From an uncultured bacterium (GTDB lineage Bacteria; Verrucomicrobiota; Verrucomicrobiia; Limisphaerales; UBA8199), in contig CAVVMW010000014.1 of assembly GCA_963749495.1 (NCBI GenBank), forward strand, positions 544,001-608,000: DNA of 64,000 nt, given 5' to 3'. The notes beneath the pieces were generated by a model. The model was not told the DNA's origin, made no database searches, and worked only from the letters and a program-made list of their open reading frames with translations. This document shows positions 30,155 through 41,678 of this stretch, piece by piece; position 1 is the stretch's first letter, and the number at the start of each line of letters is the position of its first letter. Made by a program: the position numbers and the translations under genes.

Positions 30155-30188
30155 AACGGCCAACTGCTATTGAAGGTTTGTGAATGGC

Positions 30189-30941
30189 TCAACGCGCGCC
30201 GATCAAAGCACTCCCGTTCCACGCCACCAGCGCGACGCCCAGCAACAGCACGCACCACGCGAAACTGCGCCGCAACGCAAGCGCGGACAACCTGCCCGCC
30301 AGTGCGGCGCCCGCGAACATCCCGGCGACCGTCGCGGCGAGAAACCCGAGGGTGAGCCGCCAATTGAGATTCGTGTAGCGAAGTTGGCCAAGCAGGCCGC
30401 CAGCGCAGTTAACAGCGATAACGGCCAGCGAAGTGCCGATCGCCGACTTCATTTCCAAGCCCGCAAACAGCACCAGTGCGGGCAAAATGACAAGCCCGCC
30501 GCCTACGCCCAGGAACCCGGTCAGCACGCCAACCAAAAGGCCGACAAGCAAGCACCGCAGCGGCTGGCACTGCTTCGCTCCCGAGGCAGGCTCGGTCCGC
30601 AGCAGCATCCGTATTGCCACCGCCAGCATGAGCGCGCCGAAGAGCAACAGGAGAACCGGCGCGGAAACCCAATGAGTAAACTTCGCCCCGATGTGTGCGC
30701 CGATCATGCCGCTCATGGCGAAGAACGCCGCCGCCTGGGAGTGAACATCACCCCGGCGGAGGTTGAGAAAGGTTCCCATTGCGCTGGTCCCGCCGACGAT
30801 GACGAGCGACATGCCGACGGCTTGGTGGGCGGGAATCCCTGCGACATATACCAGCACCGGCAGCGTCACGATGGAACCGCCGCTGCCCACCAGGCCGAGC
30901 GAAAGGCCGACCAGTGCCGCAAGCGCCAGAGCCAGGCTCAT
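30189..30941 (-). CDS. TauE/SafE sulfite exporter family protein
   Basis: GLSLGLVGSGGSIVTLP and GFLGVGGGLVILP repeats. Confidence 0.88.
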   Translation of the reverse strand: MSLALALAALVGLSLGLVGSGGSIVTLPVLVYVAGIPAHQAVGMSLVIVGGTSAMGTFLNLRRGDVHSQAAAFFAMSGMIGAHIGAKFTHWVSAPVLLLLFGALMLAVAIRMLLRTEPASGAKQCQPLRCLLVGLLVGVLTGFLGVGGGLVILPALVLFAGLEMKSAIGTSLAVIAVNCAGGLLGQLRYTNLNWRLTLGFLAATVAGMFAGAALAGRLSALALRRSFAWCVLLLGVALVAWNGSALIGAR

Positions 30942-31024
30942 CGCGCGGGAGCGGCGTTCGGCACCACCAACACCGGCACCGGTGCCTGGCGCAGCACCAA
31001 TTGAAATGGCAACGGTGTGTTCAT
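30938..31024 (-). pseudogene. Universal stress protein remnant (internally deleted)
   Basis: 28-aa ORF MNTPLPFQLVLRQAPVPVLVVPNAAPAR carries the USP C-terminal VLR.AP.PVLVVP motif. Its stop overlaps the TauE ATG. Confidence 0.55.
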
Positions 31025-31080
31025 AGTCTTGTTTCGCCGACAATCAACAATCGCTCGCACCCTATGAGGTGCCTCATCAG

Positions 31081-31111
31081 TGCTGAGCCGCGAGAGGCAA
31101 AAAGGTTACAG
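31081..31111 (-). promoter_or_regulatory. ECF-type promoter CTGTAAC-N16-GCTCA
   Basis: CTGTAACCTTTTTGCCTCTCGCGGCTCAGCA. Confidence 0.65.
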
Positions 31112-31188
31112 TCCATTCAACGGATCGTTAACAGGCTGTTGAGATATAGGACTGCGGCGGCGCGCCGCTGACCCGGCCAGGGCCAGAC

Positions 31189-32298
31189 TCAGTACAAGCG
31201 GTGGCGGAACAGATAGCCAGCCAGGAAGAGATTGATCACGCCGATGATCGCCATGGGCCAGAATTGAGCGACAAGCAGGTAGCAGGGTGTCCCCTCCAGG
31301 AACACGCCGCGCAGGATGATCAGGAAGTAGCGCAACGGGTCGATGTAGGTGATCTGTTGCACCCAATGCGGCATGTTGGCAATGGGCGTCGCGAAGCCCG
31401 AGAGAATGATGCACGGCACCAGAAACAGAAAGGCGCCGAGCAACCCCTGCTGCTGCGTGACCGCCAGTGACGAAATCATCAATCCCATCCCGACGGTGGA
31501 GAGCAGGAAGCAGAGCAGCCCCACATACAGCGTCAGCAAGCCGCCCCGCAACGGCACTTGAAACCAAAGCACCGCGATCAGAATGATCAGCGTGGCCTCG
31601 AAGAGGCCGATGATGAATCCCGGCAAGGCCTTGCCAATCAGAATCTCCCCAGGCCGGGCCGGCGTCACCAGCAACTGATCGAACGTGCCCTGCTCGCGTT
31701 CGCGGGCGACCGAAAGCGCCGTGACCAGCGTGGTGACCACCAGCGTCAGCAATCCCACGATGCCGGGCACGATGAACCAGCGGCTCAACAGATTCGGATT
31801 GAACCACGCCCGCGTTTCCAAACGGGCCACCGCCGTCGCGCCGCCGGCGTGTTGCTGCCAGTCGGTGTTGAACACAACCATCAGGCTGTTGACGTAGCTG
31901 AGCAGGATCGCCGCCGTGTTGGAGTTCCGTCCGTCCACCATCACCTGCACGGGCGCGGAGTGTCCGCTGAGCAAATCCCGGCTGAACTGCGGCCCGATGT
32001 GCAGCACCAGCAGCACCTTTCGGCCGTCCACCTGCGGAGCAATCTGTTCCTCGTGATCGAGCACGGCCACCTCCCGGAAATTCGGCGCCCCGGCGAAACG
32101 CGCCACCAGATCACGCGACGCCTGGCCGGCGTCCTCGTTGTAAACGGCGAACGGAATGCGGTTCAGATCGAAGGTGGCTGCGTAACCGAATACCAGCAAC
32201 TGCAGGATCGGCGGGATGAAGACCACCATCCGGCTCCGCTTGTCCTTCAACAGGGCCAGGAATTCCTTGATCATCAGTGCTCGGATTCGCCGCAACAT
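31189..32298 (-). CDS. ABC-2 permease (YbhR-like)
   Basis: KEFLALLKD...WFNPNL...AREREQGTFDQLLVTP. Confidence 0.9.
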   Translation of the reverse strand: MLRRIRALMIKEFLALLKDKRSRMVVFIPPILQLLVFGYAATFDLNRIPFAVYNEDAGQASRDLVARFAGAPNFREVAVLDHEEQIAPQVDGRKVLLVLHIGPQFSRDLLSGHSAPVQVMVDGRNSNTAAILLSYVNSLMVVFNTDWQQHAGGATAVARLETRAWFNPNLLSRWFIVPGIVGLLTLVVTTLVTALSVAREREQGTFDQLLVTPARPGEILIGKALPGFIIGLFEATLIILIAVLWFQVPLRGGLLTLYVGLLCFLLSTVGMGLMISSLAVTQQQGLLGAFLFLVPCIILSGFATPIANMPHWVQQITYIDPLRYFLIILRGVFLEGTPCYLLVAQFWPMAIIGVINLFLAGYLFRHRLY

Positions 32299-32306
32299 CG
32301 TGTGTC

Positions 32307-33473
32307 CTATTCCAAACGCTTCCGCAGTTTGCGCCGGCTGACGCCCAGGAAAATGGCCGCCATCAGCATCAGCGCCAGCGCGTTGGGCAAAATCACCGGC
32401 CACACATCGCCCGCGAGAAAAACCGTTTGCAGAATCGCCACAAAATACCTCGCCGCGAGGAGGTGCGTGATCCATTGGACGACCGTCGGCATGCTGCCGA
32501 TGTCGAAGATGAACCCCGAGAGGATGAAGGCCGGCAGGAAGGTGGCGAGGATGGCCACCTGTCCGGCCACAAACTGGTTTTTCGTCACGGTCGAAATCAG
32601 CAGGCCCATGCCCAGCGCCGCCAGCAGGAAGAGCGCCGCCGCTCCAAAGAGCACCCAGAGCGAGCCGCGCAACGGCACGCCGAACAGCCAGACACCCATC
32701 GCCACCGACAACGCCATGCCGCCCATGCCCAGGATGAAGTAGGGCGCCAGTTTGCCCACCAGCACTTCGCGCATCGTCACCGGCGTCACCATCAACGCCT
32801 CCATCGTGCCGCGTTCCCATTCCCGCGCCATCACCAGCGCCGTCAGCAGCGCGCCGATCAGAGTCATGATGATGGCAATCAACCCGGGCACTAGAAAATT
32901 GCGGCTGCGCAATTCGCTGTTGAACCAGACCCGCGTTTGCAGTTGGACCGGCAGGTCGAGCGTTTGTCCTTGCTCCCCGGCCTGGCGCTGGAGCCATTTC
33001 TGCCAGACGCCTTGCACGTAACCAAGAACGAGCTGACCCGTGTTGGCGTCCACCCCGTTGACAATCACTTGGACCGGCGCGCCGTCTGGCTGATGCAACA
33101 GCCTCGCGAAATTCGCCCGCAGATGCACGATGGCGGACACCTGGCTGCTCATCAGCGCCTGTTCCGCTTCGCGCATGTTTCGCATGAACACCGCTTCGAA
33201 GTAGCGCGATTGTTGGAATCCGCCGGTAAAATCGGCCGTGTCGGCGCTGGGTTGTTCCACGACCACCGCAACAAGCACGTGCTCCGCGTCCAGCGAAACC
33301 CCGTAACCGAAGACCAGGAGCAGCACGACCGGCAGCAGAAACGCGATGGCGATGCTGCTCGGGTCGCGCAGGACTTGATAAAATTCCTTCCGGATCAACC
33401 CTCGCAGCCTCATCACGCCACCGCCTCGGGAAGGCGGATTCAACGGACTCGGTTGCTGGCGTTTTGCGCTCAT
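32307..33473 (-). CDS. ABC-2 permease (YbhS-like)
   Basis: KEFYQVLRDP...AREWERGTMEALMVTP. Confidence 0.9.
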   Translation of the reverse strand: MSAKRQQPSPLNPPSRGGGVMRLRGLIRKEFYQVLRDPSSIAIAFLLPVVLLLVFGYGVSLDAEHVLVAVVVEQPSADTADFTGGFQQSRYFEAVFMRNMREAEQALMSSQVSAIVHLRANFARLLHQPDGAPVQVIVNGVDANTGQLVLGYVQGVWQKWLQRQAGEQGQTLDLPVQLQTRVWFNSELRSRNFLVPGLIAIIMTLIGALLTALVMAREWERGTMEALMVTPVTMREVLVGKLAPYFILGMGGMALSVAMGVWLFGVPLRGSLWVLFGAAALFLLAALGMGLLISTVTKNQFVAGQVAILATFLPAFILSGFIFDIGSMPTVVQWITHLLAARYFVAILQTVFLAGDVWPVILPNALALMLMAAIFLGVSRRKLRKRLE

Positions 33474-35270
33474 GAGGTTGCCGGTGCGGGTTGTCCGTGG
33501 CCTTCGATGAGCGCGATAAACGCATCCTCCATCGTTGGCTCCGGATGTTGGGCCGAACGGCGGCGTTGCTTGACTTCTTCCGGCGTGCCCAGCGCGAGGA
33601 TTTCACCCTCGGCCATGATCGCCAGCCGGTCGCAATACTCCGCCTCCTCCATGAAATGGGTGGTGACCATGACGGTGACGCGTTGTTCCGCCAGGGCATT
33701 GATGCGGCTCCAGAACTCGCGCCGCGCCAGCGGGTCCACCCCCGAAGTCGGCTCGTCGAGAAACAGGATTTCCGGCTCGTGCATCAGCGCACAGGCCATG
33801 GCCAGCCGCTGTTTGTGGCCGAGCGGCAGATCCAGGCTGGTGGTGTCGGCCACCGGCGCGAGCCCGAATTGTTCCAGCGCCCACTCCAGCCGTTCCCGCT
33901 GGCGCCGCCCGGCCAGGCCGTAGGCGCTGCTGAAAAAGCGGAGATTCTCGCACACGTTGAGATTGCCGTAGAGCGAGAATTTCTGGGACATGTAACCGAT
34001 GCGCGCCCGCGCGGCCGCCGCCGCGTACCGCAGGTCCAGCCCCGCCACGCGGAGGCTGCCTTCGCTGGCCGGCAACAAACCGCACAACATGCGGAAGGTC
34101 GTGGACTTGCCGGCGCCGTTGGCCCCCAGCAGCCCGAACACTTCGCCGCGTTCCACCTGAAACGTCACGCCCTTGACGGCATAAAAATCGCCGAACCGCC
34201 GTTTCACGTCCTTGATCTCGATGACCGGCCCGTGGCCGTTGCTCACGCGCAACGGTTTTGGGGCAGCCTGGTCGGAATGTGGTGTCAGGCCGCTTTCCGC
34301 GCGCCGTTGTTTCAGCATCGCGACAAAACTGTCCTCCAAACGCGGCGGCACCGGCTGGACGGAAACCCCGGCAACCTCGGGCAGAAGTTTGGCCGGGTCC
34401 GGAGGCGTTTCACCGGCCATCACCAATCGCACCCGCTCCCCCTGAATCAACGCGTCAACCACGGAAGCCGCGCCGGCGAGTTTTCCCTGCACCACACGTT
34501 TGCGTTCCCCAGGGGCGCTCAACATGTAAGTCCGACCGCGCGATTGGTCGCGAAACTGCTGCGGCGGGCCGTGCCCCAACACCTCGCCTTCGTGCATCAG
34601 AACCACCTCGTGACAACGTTCGGCTTCGTCCAGGTAGGCGGTGCTCAGCAGCACGGTCATGCCTTCCTGTTGCACGAGGCAATAAACGATCTGCCAGAGT
34701 TCCCGCCGCGACACGGGGTCCACGCCGACCGTGGGTTCGTCCAACAACAATAATTGCGGCGGCCGAACCAGCGTGCAAGCGAGACCGAGCTTTTGTTTCA
34801 TGCCGCCGGACAACCGCCCGGCCAGCCGAGCAATGAACCGCGCCAGGCCGGTCATGCGCATCAATTCCTCGTAACGGGCCGCGCGCGCCTCCTGCGGCAC
34901 GCCCTGCAAATCCGCGTAGAGATCGAGGTTTTCCTGAACCGAGAGGTCTTCGTAGAGACCGAAGCGTTGCGGCATGTAACCGACCCTGGCCTGCACCGCC
35001 AACGATTCGTGCGTCGCGTCGAAACCCAGCGCGTTGATCCGGCCCTCGTCGGGTATCAACAATCCCACCGCCAGCCGCATCAGCGTCGTCTTGCCCGCGC
35101 CGTCGGGCCCAATCAAGCCGGTCACCTGGCCGCGCTGCACACGGAGACTGACGTTACGGAGCGCCCGAAGGGTGCGCCTGGCCGATGACAAAGTGCTTGC
35201 TCACGCCGCGCAATTCCAGCACGGCGTCGTCCGCGCGGTCCCTCTGCTCCATGTTGCCGGGAACTTCCAT
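33470..35270 (-). CDS. Double ABC ATPase (YbhF-like); frameshift near 35180
   Basis: GPDGAGKTT and GANGAGKST, two DEPT motifs. The N-terminus LELRGVSKHF is in another frame. Confidence 0.88.
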
Positions 35271-35282
35271 GAACCTCCGATT

Positions 35283-36314
35283 TCACTTTCCGCCGGCCGG
35301 CGCGGCTTTGGCGGAAGTGCCGGATTGGTCAAGGGCAATGGTCACGACCGCCGGCATGCCGAGGCGCAGTTCGTCCTGTGGGTTGTGCACGAAAATGCGG
35401 GCTTGATAAACGAGCCTGGTGCGCACCTCGGCGGTTTCGACGGTTTTCGGCGTGAACTCCGCAGTGGGTGAAATGAACCCGATCCACCCGGCGTAGGATT
35501 TGCCGGGAAAACTGTCAGTGGTGACGGTCGCATTCATGCCGAGGTGAATTCTCCCGAGGTCGGTCTCCGCGACATAGGCGCGCACCCACACCGGGTCGTC
35601 GAGGGCCAGCGTGAAGACCGGCTTCTGCGGCGAGGCCATGTCGCCCGGCTCCAGGATGCGGTTCTCGACGACGCCGTTGGTGGGCGCGTAGAGCCTGGCG
35701 TCGGCAAGGCTTTGCTGCGCCAGAAGCAGTTCCGCTTCATCGGCCTGCAACGTGGCTTTGGCGGCGGCGATGTCCTCCTGGCGCGGACCGAGCACCATCA
35801 AATCGCAGGTTTCCTTCGCGGCGGCCAGCCTGGCTCTGGCCACGTCCAGCGCGGCGCGGGCGTCATCCGAGCGCTGTTGCGTCTCCACGGTTTGGGCCAC
35901 CAGATTGGTCACGCGACCGTAGTTGAGTTTGGCGTTCTCCAGATCGGCCCTGGCGGCCTCCATGTCGGCTTTGGCCTTGCGGATTTCCTGCGGGCGATTG
36001 CCGGCCTCAAGCCGGGCGACGACCTGGCGTTGCGCCGCCGCCTTGGCTTCGTAATCGGCGACACTGGCCGCGAACCGCCGCGTGTCCAGCGTGGCCAACA
36101 GTTGCCCCGGCCGGACGCGCTCGCCTTCCTGCACCAGCAACGCGGTGATGCGCTCACTGTCGTTGAAGGCGAGTTGCACCTGGCGGATGTCCACGTTGCC
36201 GAACAGGACCAAGTGGCTGCTGGACGCCGTCTTGTTCCGGTCGTGCCGGAACCAGAAACCGGCTGCGATTCCGCCAGCAATCAATACTCCTAAGATGAGC
36301 CGTGTTCGTTTCAT
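35283..36314 (-). CDS. HlyD-family membrane fusion protein (YbhG-like)
   Basis: N-terminal TM, coiled hairpin, AEFTPKTVET. Confidence 0.9.
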   Translation of the reverse strand: MKRTRLILGVLIAGGIAAGFWFRHDRNKTASSSHLVLFGNVDIRQVQLAFNDSERITALLVQEGERVRPGQLLATLDTRRFAASVADYEAKAAAQRQVVARLEAGNRPQEIRKAKADMEAARADLENAKLNYGRVTNLVAQTVETQQRSDDARAALDVARARLAAAKETCDLMVLGPRQEDIAAAKATLQADEAELLLAQQSLADARLYAPTNGVVENRILEPGDMASPQKPVFTLALDDPVWVRAYVAETDLGRIHLGMNATVTTDSFPGKSYAGWIGFISPTAEFTPKTVETAEVRTRLVYQARIFVHNPQDELRLGMPAVVTIALDQSGTSAKAAPAGGK

Positions 36315-36346
36315 AAGGTGTTCATATCGGCCAAAAACTCCCGGTT

Positions 36347-38349
36347 TTAGGCGCAGGCACGGTGGAGATGAAACCGAGGAGCGCCAGCCTCGGTATTCGA
36401 CGTTTTGGCAGCCGCGGGTTTGTGGGGCTCCAATTCTTCACCGTGCCGCACCAGGCGAAAGCTGTTGAAGACGACGAGCAGCGAACCGGAAACATGAAAC
36501 AGAGCCGCGATAATGGGACTGATGAGCTTCATCGCCGCCAGCGCCATCCCGCCCACGACGAAGGTCAGGCCGAGCAGAAAATTCTGGTTGATGACCTGGC
36601 GTGTCGCGCGCGAGAGCTGCACCAGAAACGGCAGCCGGCGCAGGTCATTGTTCATCAGGGCAATGGTCGCGCTGTGAATGGCCACTTCGCTGCCGGCCGC
36701 GCCCATCGCGATGCCGAGGTCGCCCGCCGCCAATGCCGGAGCGTCGTTGACTCCGTCACCTATCACGGCCACGCAGTATCCCTTGGCGCGCATCTGCCGG
36801 ACAAAGTCCACTTTGTTCTGCGGGAGACAATCGCCAACGACATCATCGCAACCGATTTCACGCGCCACCCGAGTCGCAACCGGCTGTCGGTCGCCGCTCA
36901 CCATCGCGACCCGCCGCGCACCGATGTCTTTCAGGGTGGCCAGGAGCCCTTTGCTTCGGTGCGTGTCTGATCCTGCAAGCCGACCCAGCCAATGCACTGC
37001 TCATTGCGCGCGACAAAGATGAGACTCCAGCCTTCGGCCTCTTCCAAATCCACCGCAGAGGAGAACCCGCCCGCGATGCCGTTGTCGCCAAGCCATTGGG
37101 CGCGGCCAATCACAACACTGTCTCCGTCGAGATGTGCTTTGACACCGCGTCCGGCTGCTTCTGAAAAGTCAGTCGGCTTCACGAGTGGAACACCCGCTTC
37201 TTCGGCAAGCTGCGCCAGCGCCTTGGCCGCGGGGTGATTGCTGAATTGTTCCGCAGACGCCGCGACGCGCAGCAATTCCGCCGGTGTGGTTTGGCCCAGG
37301 GGCGCGAGACGACTGACCGCCAGCCGGCCCGTGGTGAGCGTTCCGGTTTTGTCAAAGACGAACGCGTTAATCCTCGCGGCCAGTTCGAGATCGGACACGT
37401 TCTTGATGATGACGCCAAGACGCGCGGCGGCGGACAGCGCGGCAACCATCGCCGTGGGCGACGCCAGCACAAAGGCGCACGGACACGAGACGATGAACAC
37501 GGATACCACCCGGCTGAGATCGTGCGTGAACATCCAAACCAGACCGCCGATGCACAGCACCAAGGGCGTGTAAAAACCCATGTATTGATCCATGATGCGC
37601 ACGATGGGCAGCTTGGTCTTTTCGGCTGCCAGAATCAGGTCGCGCACGCGGCCCAGCGTGGTGTCCTGCCCGGCGCGCGTGACCCCGATGTCGAGCACGC
37701 CAGTAAGGTTAATTGTGCCGGCAAAAACTTCGTCGCCTGGTTTCTTGTCAACCGGCAACGATTCGCCGGTGATGTTGGCCTGATTGAACGAGCCTTGCCC
37801 GTTCACAATGACGCCGTCAGCAGCCACGTTGTCGCCCGGCCGCACCCGGATGGTGTCACCTGCCGCCAGGCCGTACACGGGCACTTCCTGTTCCTCGCTG
37901 CCAATGACACGCCGCGCCTTCGTGGGAGTAAGCTTGATGAGCGAATGGATGGAAGCCAGCGCGCCTGCCGCCGTGCGCGTTTCGATGATTTGCCCCAGCA
38001 ACATGAAGAACGAGACAATTCCCGCCTCCTGGTAATGCCCTGACGAGAATAGGGCAATCACAGCCAGCGCCACCAGAATGTTGGTGTTAAGCGAGCCACC
38101 GCGCAGGTCTTTCAGCGCAACCCGGACAATCGGAAACCCGAGAATGAATGCGCCGAGCATCGCGCTGTATCCTCCCATATTACTGTCCACGACGGAAAGC
38201 CGCTCGACTATGAACGAGTTCAAAATGAAGACCAGACCGATGACCGTTTCCAGAAATTGGACGCGAGCGTGCGAATGTTCCTCCCTGCCAGAACCCGCGC
38301 CGTCGGGCGTGTGCTCGGGCAGAAGATCGGCGTGGGAGGTGACTTTCAT
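36347..38349 (-). CDS. P1B heavy-metal P-type ATPase (CadA/ZntA-like); frameshift near 36950
   Basis: TGES, SCPC, DKTGTLT and SNHP, then GDGVNDAPAL in the second frame. Confidence 0.9.
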
Positions 38350-38353
38350 TGCG

Positions 38354-38797
38354 CTATAAACCCAGTCTCTGTTGGGGGAGGCAACGTGTGTCCGTCATCC
38401 CGGTGAACTGCGCCGAGGCTACGACCGCCCGCAGTCGGGCGTCGACCGCACGGGCGGCTTCGGCCAGAGGCGGGTTCTCCTTCGCCTCGCAGAGGTGTTT
38501 GAGGTCCGCGGTGGCCAAAGTGCAGGTGCCATCCCCATTATCCCACAGGCAGACGTGACTGGGCATGAGCAGTCCGATGTCCGGCTCACGGCTCAGGGCC
38601 TGATATTCCCACGAGGGCACCCACACGCCCAGGATGGTGTAAGGACGAATCTGCTGGCCCAATTTCTTCGCCAGCTCCGCCTGCAGATCGATTTCGGTGA
38701 TGACGACGAACTCTTCTTCCGCCAGCACCCGGCGCGTTTCGCGCAGCGCCCGGTCGAAGGGCAGTTTCACATGGGTGGAGATGCTGTATTGTCCCAT
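38354..38797 (-). CDS. DUF302 domain protein
   Basis: F.VITEID....KKLG...PYTILG...IGLLMP. Confidence 0.8.
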   Translation of the reverse strand: MGQYSISTHVKLPFDRALRETRRVLAEEEFVVITEIDLQAELAKKLGQQIRPYTILGVWVPSWEYQALSREPDIGLLMPSHVCLWDNGDGTCTLATADLKHLCEAKENPPLAEAARAVDARLRAVVASAQFTGMTDTRCLPQQRLGL

Positions 38798-38800
38798 ATC

Positions 38801-40518
38801 TCACTGCCTTTCATTGTTGTGCTTTCCAGCCTGGAGGGGATACGGCCAGGCGACCAGTCCGCCGTCGAGGAACTTGACGTTGGCAAAGCCCTCGCCGTCC
38901 AGAACCCGCTGGGCTTCGTAGCCGCGTTGACTGACTTTGCAGAAGCAGACGATCTCCTGGTCGCGGGGCAGTTCGCCCAAGCGTTTCCTCAACTGACCCA
39001 ATGGAATCCAGACCACGCGCGGGTCGCGCAGTTGCATCTGGTCACGCTCCGCCGGCGTGCGCACATCCAACAGGACAACCGGCTCGTCGGTGTCGAGCTT
39101 GGCTTTCAACGCTTGCGGCGTGATCCCCTTCGCCAAGCCGTCGCGTTTGTTGCGCAACACGTTGGCGGCATGGGCCAGCGGATCCACCGCCGACGAATAC
39201 GGCGGGGCATAGCCGAGATCGAGGTCCGGCAGGTTGTCAATCGTCGCGCCGAAGGTCAGCGCAGTGGCCAGCACATCGATCCGCTTGACCGCGTCGCCGG
39301 GCCCAAGGCCTGCGCGCCCAGCAATCGCCCGTTGGCGGCGTCCGCGACCAACTTCACCAGCAGGGTCGCGGCCGTCGGATAATAGTGAGCGCGGTCGGGT
39401 CCCGGCACCAGCGCGGTCAGCACGGAGTAGCCGAGCCGGCGAGCCTGCGTTTCGGTCAGGCCAGTCCGCGCGAGGTTGTAATTGAGAACCTTGAACACCG
39501 TCGTGCCGACGATGCCGGGGAAAGTCGAGTGGCCGCCGGTAATGTTATCGCCGATGACGTGTCCGTGTTTGTTGGCTGTCGAGCCGAGCGGGACGAACAC
39601 CTTTTGTCCCGTGAGCAGATGGGTGCATTCAACGCAGTCGCCGCCGGCATAAATATCAGGGTCGCTGGTTCGGAGTTGGTCGTTGACCGCAATCGCGCCG
39701 GTCGCGCCGATGGTCAGGCCGGCGTCCTTGGCGAGTTGGACATTGGGGCGGACACCGATGGCGATCAACACCATCTGTGCCTCGATAACCTGGGCGGTCG
39801 TATGCACGCGCTCGACGTTGCCCTCGCCATCACCTTCAAGCCGCGTGACCTTCTGGCCGAGCCGGACATCGAGGCCCCGCCCACGCAGGTATTTTTCGAG
39901 GAACGCCGCCACTTCCCAGTCAAGCATGGCCGGCAGCAACTGGTCGAGCATCTCGACAATGGTGACGTGTATCCCGCGCGCGACGAGTGCCTCGGCAGTC
40001 TCCAACCCGATTAGCCCGCCGCCGATCAGCACGGCGCGCTTTACCTGTCCGTGTTCGGTTGCTTCGCGAATCGCCAGCGCGTCATCGGGCAGGTTCAACC
40101 GGAACACATGGTTGAGATTAGCGCCTTCGAGGCGCGGTTCAAGGGGCATGCCACCCGTAGCCAGAACGAGCTTGTCGTAGGGCAGTTCGGTCTTTTCCCC
40201 GGTCGCGACGTTCACCACGTTGACCGTCTTGCGGGTGCGATCAATCCTCTCCGCCAGGGTTTGATTGAGCACGCGGATGTCCTTGACGTTCTGGAAGAAG
40301 GTCCCGTCGCGGATCACGCCGACGGGCGTGGACATCAGTTCGTGGAAGTCGCGGACCTGACCCTGAATGTAATAAGGCATGCCGCAACCGGCGTAAGAAA
40401 GCAGCCGCCCGCGCTCCACGATGGTTATTTCCGCGTGTGGGTCACGGCGTCGAGCCCGGGCTGCCGCCTTGGCGCCGGTGGCCACGCCGCCGATTATCAA
40501 TATGCGATTTTGCTTCAT
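38801..40518 (-). CDS. CoA-disulfide reductase-rhodanese type FAD oxidoreductase; frameshift near 39300
   Basis: IIGGVATG, SYAGCGMPY, GGGLIGLE, YAPPYS; rhodanese LLDVRTP...FCKVSQRG. Confidence 0.88.
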
Positions 40519-40554
40519 GGTTTGTGTGGTGTTTGAAATTCTCACTCATGGCAA

Positions 40555-40825
40555 TCAGCCGCCACAAGCGGGAGAGTCACAGCGCGAATTCCGCCCGCAA
40601 CAAGTGGCGCCGGTCCGGTCCAGCGAGCACGATGACCCGCTGGAGTGGCCGTAGTCGGCGGCGTGGGAGCCGCCGCCCTTGAAAAGCAGGCCGGCGCTGG
40701 CGCCGATCAGCCGTCGCACGGGACGCCCGCATTGCGGGCAGATCTTCAAAGGCTTGGCCGACATGCTTTGGAATTTCTCAAAGCGATGTCCGCAGCTTTC
40801 ACATTCATATTCATAGGTCGGCATG
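40555..40825 (-). CDS. FmdB-family zinc ribbon protein
   Basis: MPTYEYECESCGHRFE...CPQCG; Cys-rich tail. Confidence 0.85.
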
Positions 40826-41239
40826 CTAGATTCCTTTCTGGTGGGGACAGTTATGTTCGTCCATGTAAATGACCGCCGCATAGAATTGTCCGGTCCGCAG
40901 CAGCACCAGCGTGCAGGCATTCTGAACCTGAATGCCGGCTGCCTGAAGTTGCTGCGCGAGGACGGGGTTTTCCGCGCCAGGATTGAAAATCACCCGTTGC
41001 GGACGGGCGGCCAGAATCGCCGCCGCCAGCGCGGCGGAGCGTTCGGGTTTCACATACACCGTGAGGGTGTGGATCGGGACCGGGATGTCCGCCAACTGTT
41101 TGAACACGGGCAGTCCGTCAATTGCCGCTAGTGCGGGGTGAACGGGAAATACCGCGTGGCCTTTTTCGGCCAACAGTTTCACCGCCTGAAAGCTGTATCG
41201 CTCCGGCTTGTTGCTTGCGCCCAACACCGCCACGTTCAT
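40826..41239 (-). CDS. CoA-binding protein (YccU-like)
   Basis: VAVLGASNKPERYS...IFNPGAE...ACTLV. Confidence 0.85.
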   Translation of the reverse strand: MNVAVLGASNKPERYSFQAVKLLAEKGHAVFPVHPALAAIDGLPVFKQLADIPVPIHTLTVYVKPERSAALAAAILAARPQRVIFNPGAENPVLAQQLQAAGIQVQNACTLVLLRTGQFYAAVIYMDEHNCPHQKGI

Positions 41240-41254
41240 CGCGATTCCTTTTGG

Positions 41255-41665
41255 TTAGAGCAGTTTTTCGGCGCCGCTGTAGGCTTCCTCGACCCGCAGG
41301 AGCACAGCCGCCACGCCCGGATATTTCGGGTCATGCCAGGAGCGCATGTTTTCGAAGACGGGGCCTGCGGTGTGATAGGTCAGCGGGCCTTTCACCTGAA
41401 ACGACTTGCGGTCCTTGGTCAGGAACAAGATGGCGCCTTTCGTCCCGCTCTTGATGTTGGCGCGGGTTTTGCAGAAATAGTTGTCCGCCACAATGAAGCC
41501 CTCGCCGGGAACATAGCGGATTTCGCCGACATAGATGACGTTGGGCGTTTTGGCCGCATCCACCGTCGCCAGCACCGCCGGTCCCTCCCGGTTGTCCCAG
41601 GCATGGGCCACGATTTCCATGCCGTTGGCCGTAGATGGAACCTTTCCTGGTTGGTCGTTTTTCAT
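41255..41665 (-). CDS. Pyridoxamine 5'-phosphate oxidase-like FMN-binding protein
   Basis: VLATVD...PNV...IVADNYFCKTRANI...FQVKG. Confidence 0.8.
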   Translation of the reverse strand: MKNDQPGKVPSTANGMEIVAHAWDNREGPAVLATVDAAKTPNVIYVGEIRYVPGEGFIVADNYFCKTRANIKSGTKGAILFLTKDRKSFQVKGPLTYHTAGPVFENMRSWHDPKYPGVAAVLLRVEEAYSGAEKLL

Positions 41666-41678
41666 GGTGAGATTCCTT

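Noticed and set aside
31189..33699. 836-aa ORF as a single fused permease
   Set aside because: The N-terminal part overlaps the real YbhS-like and YbhF-like genes in another frame; the true start is 32298.
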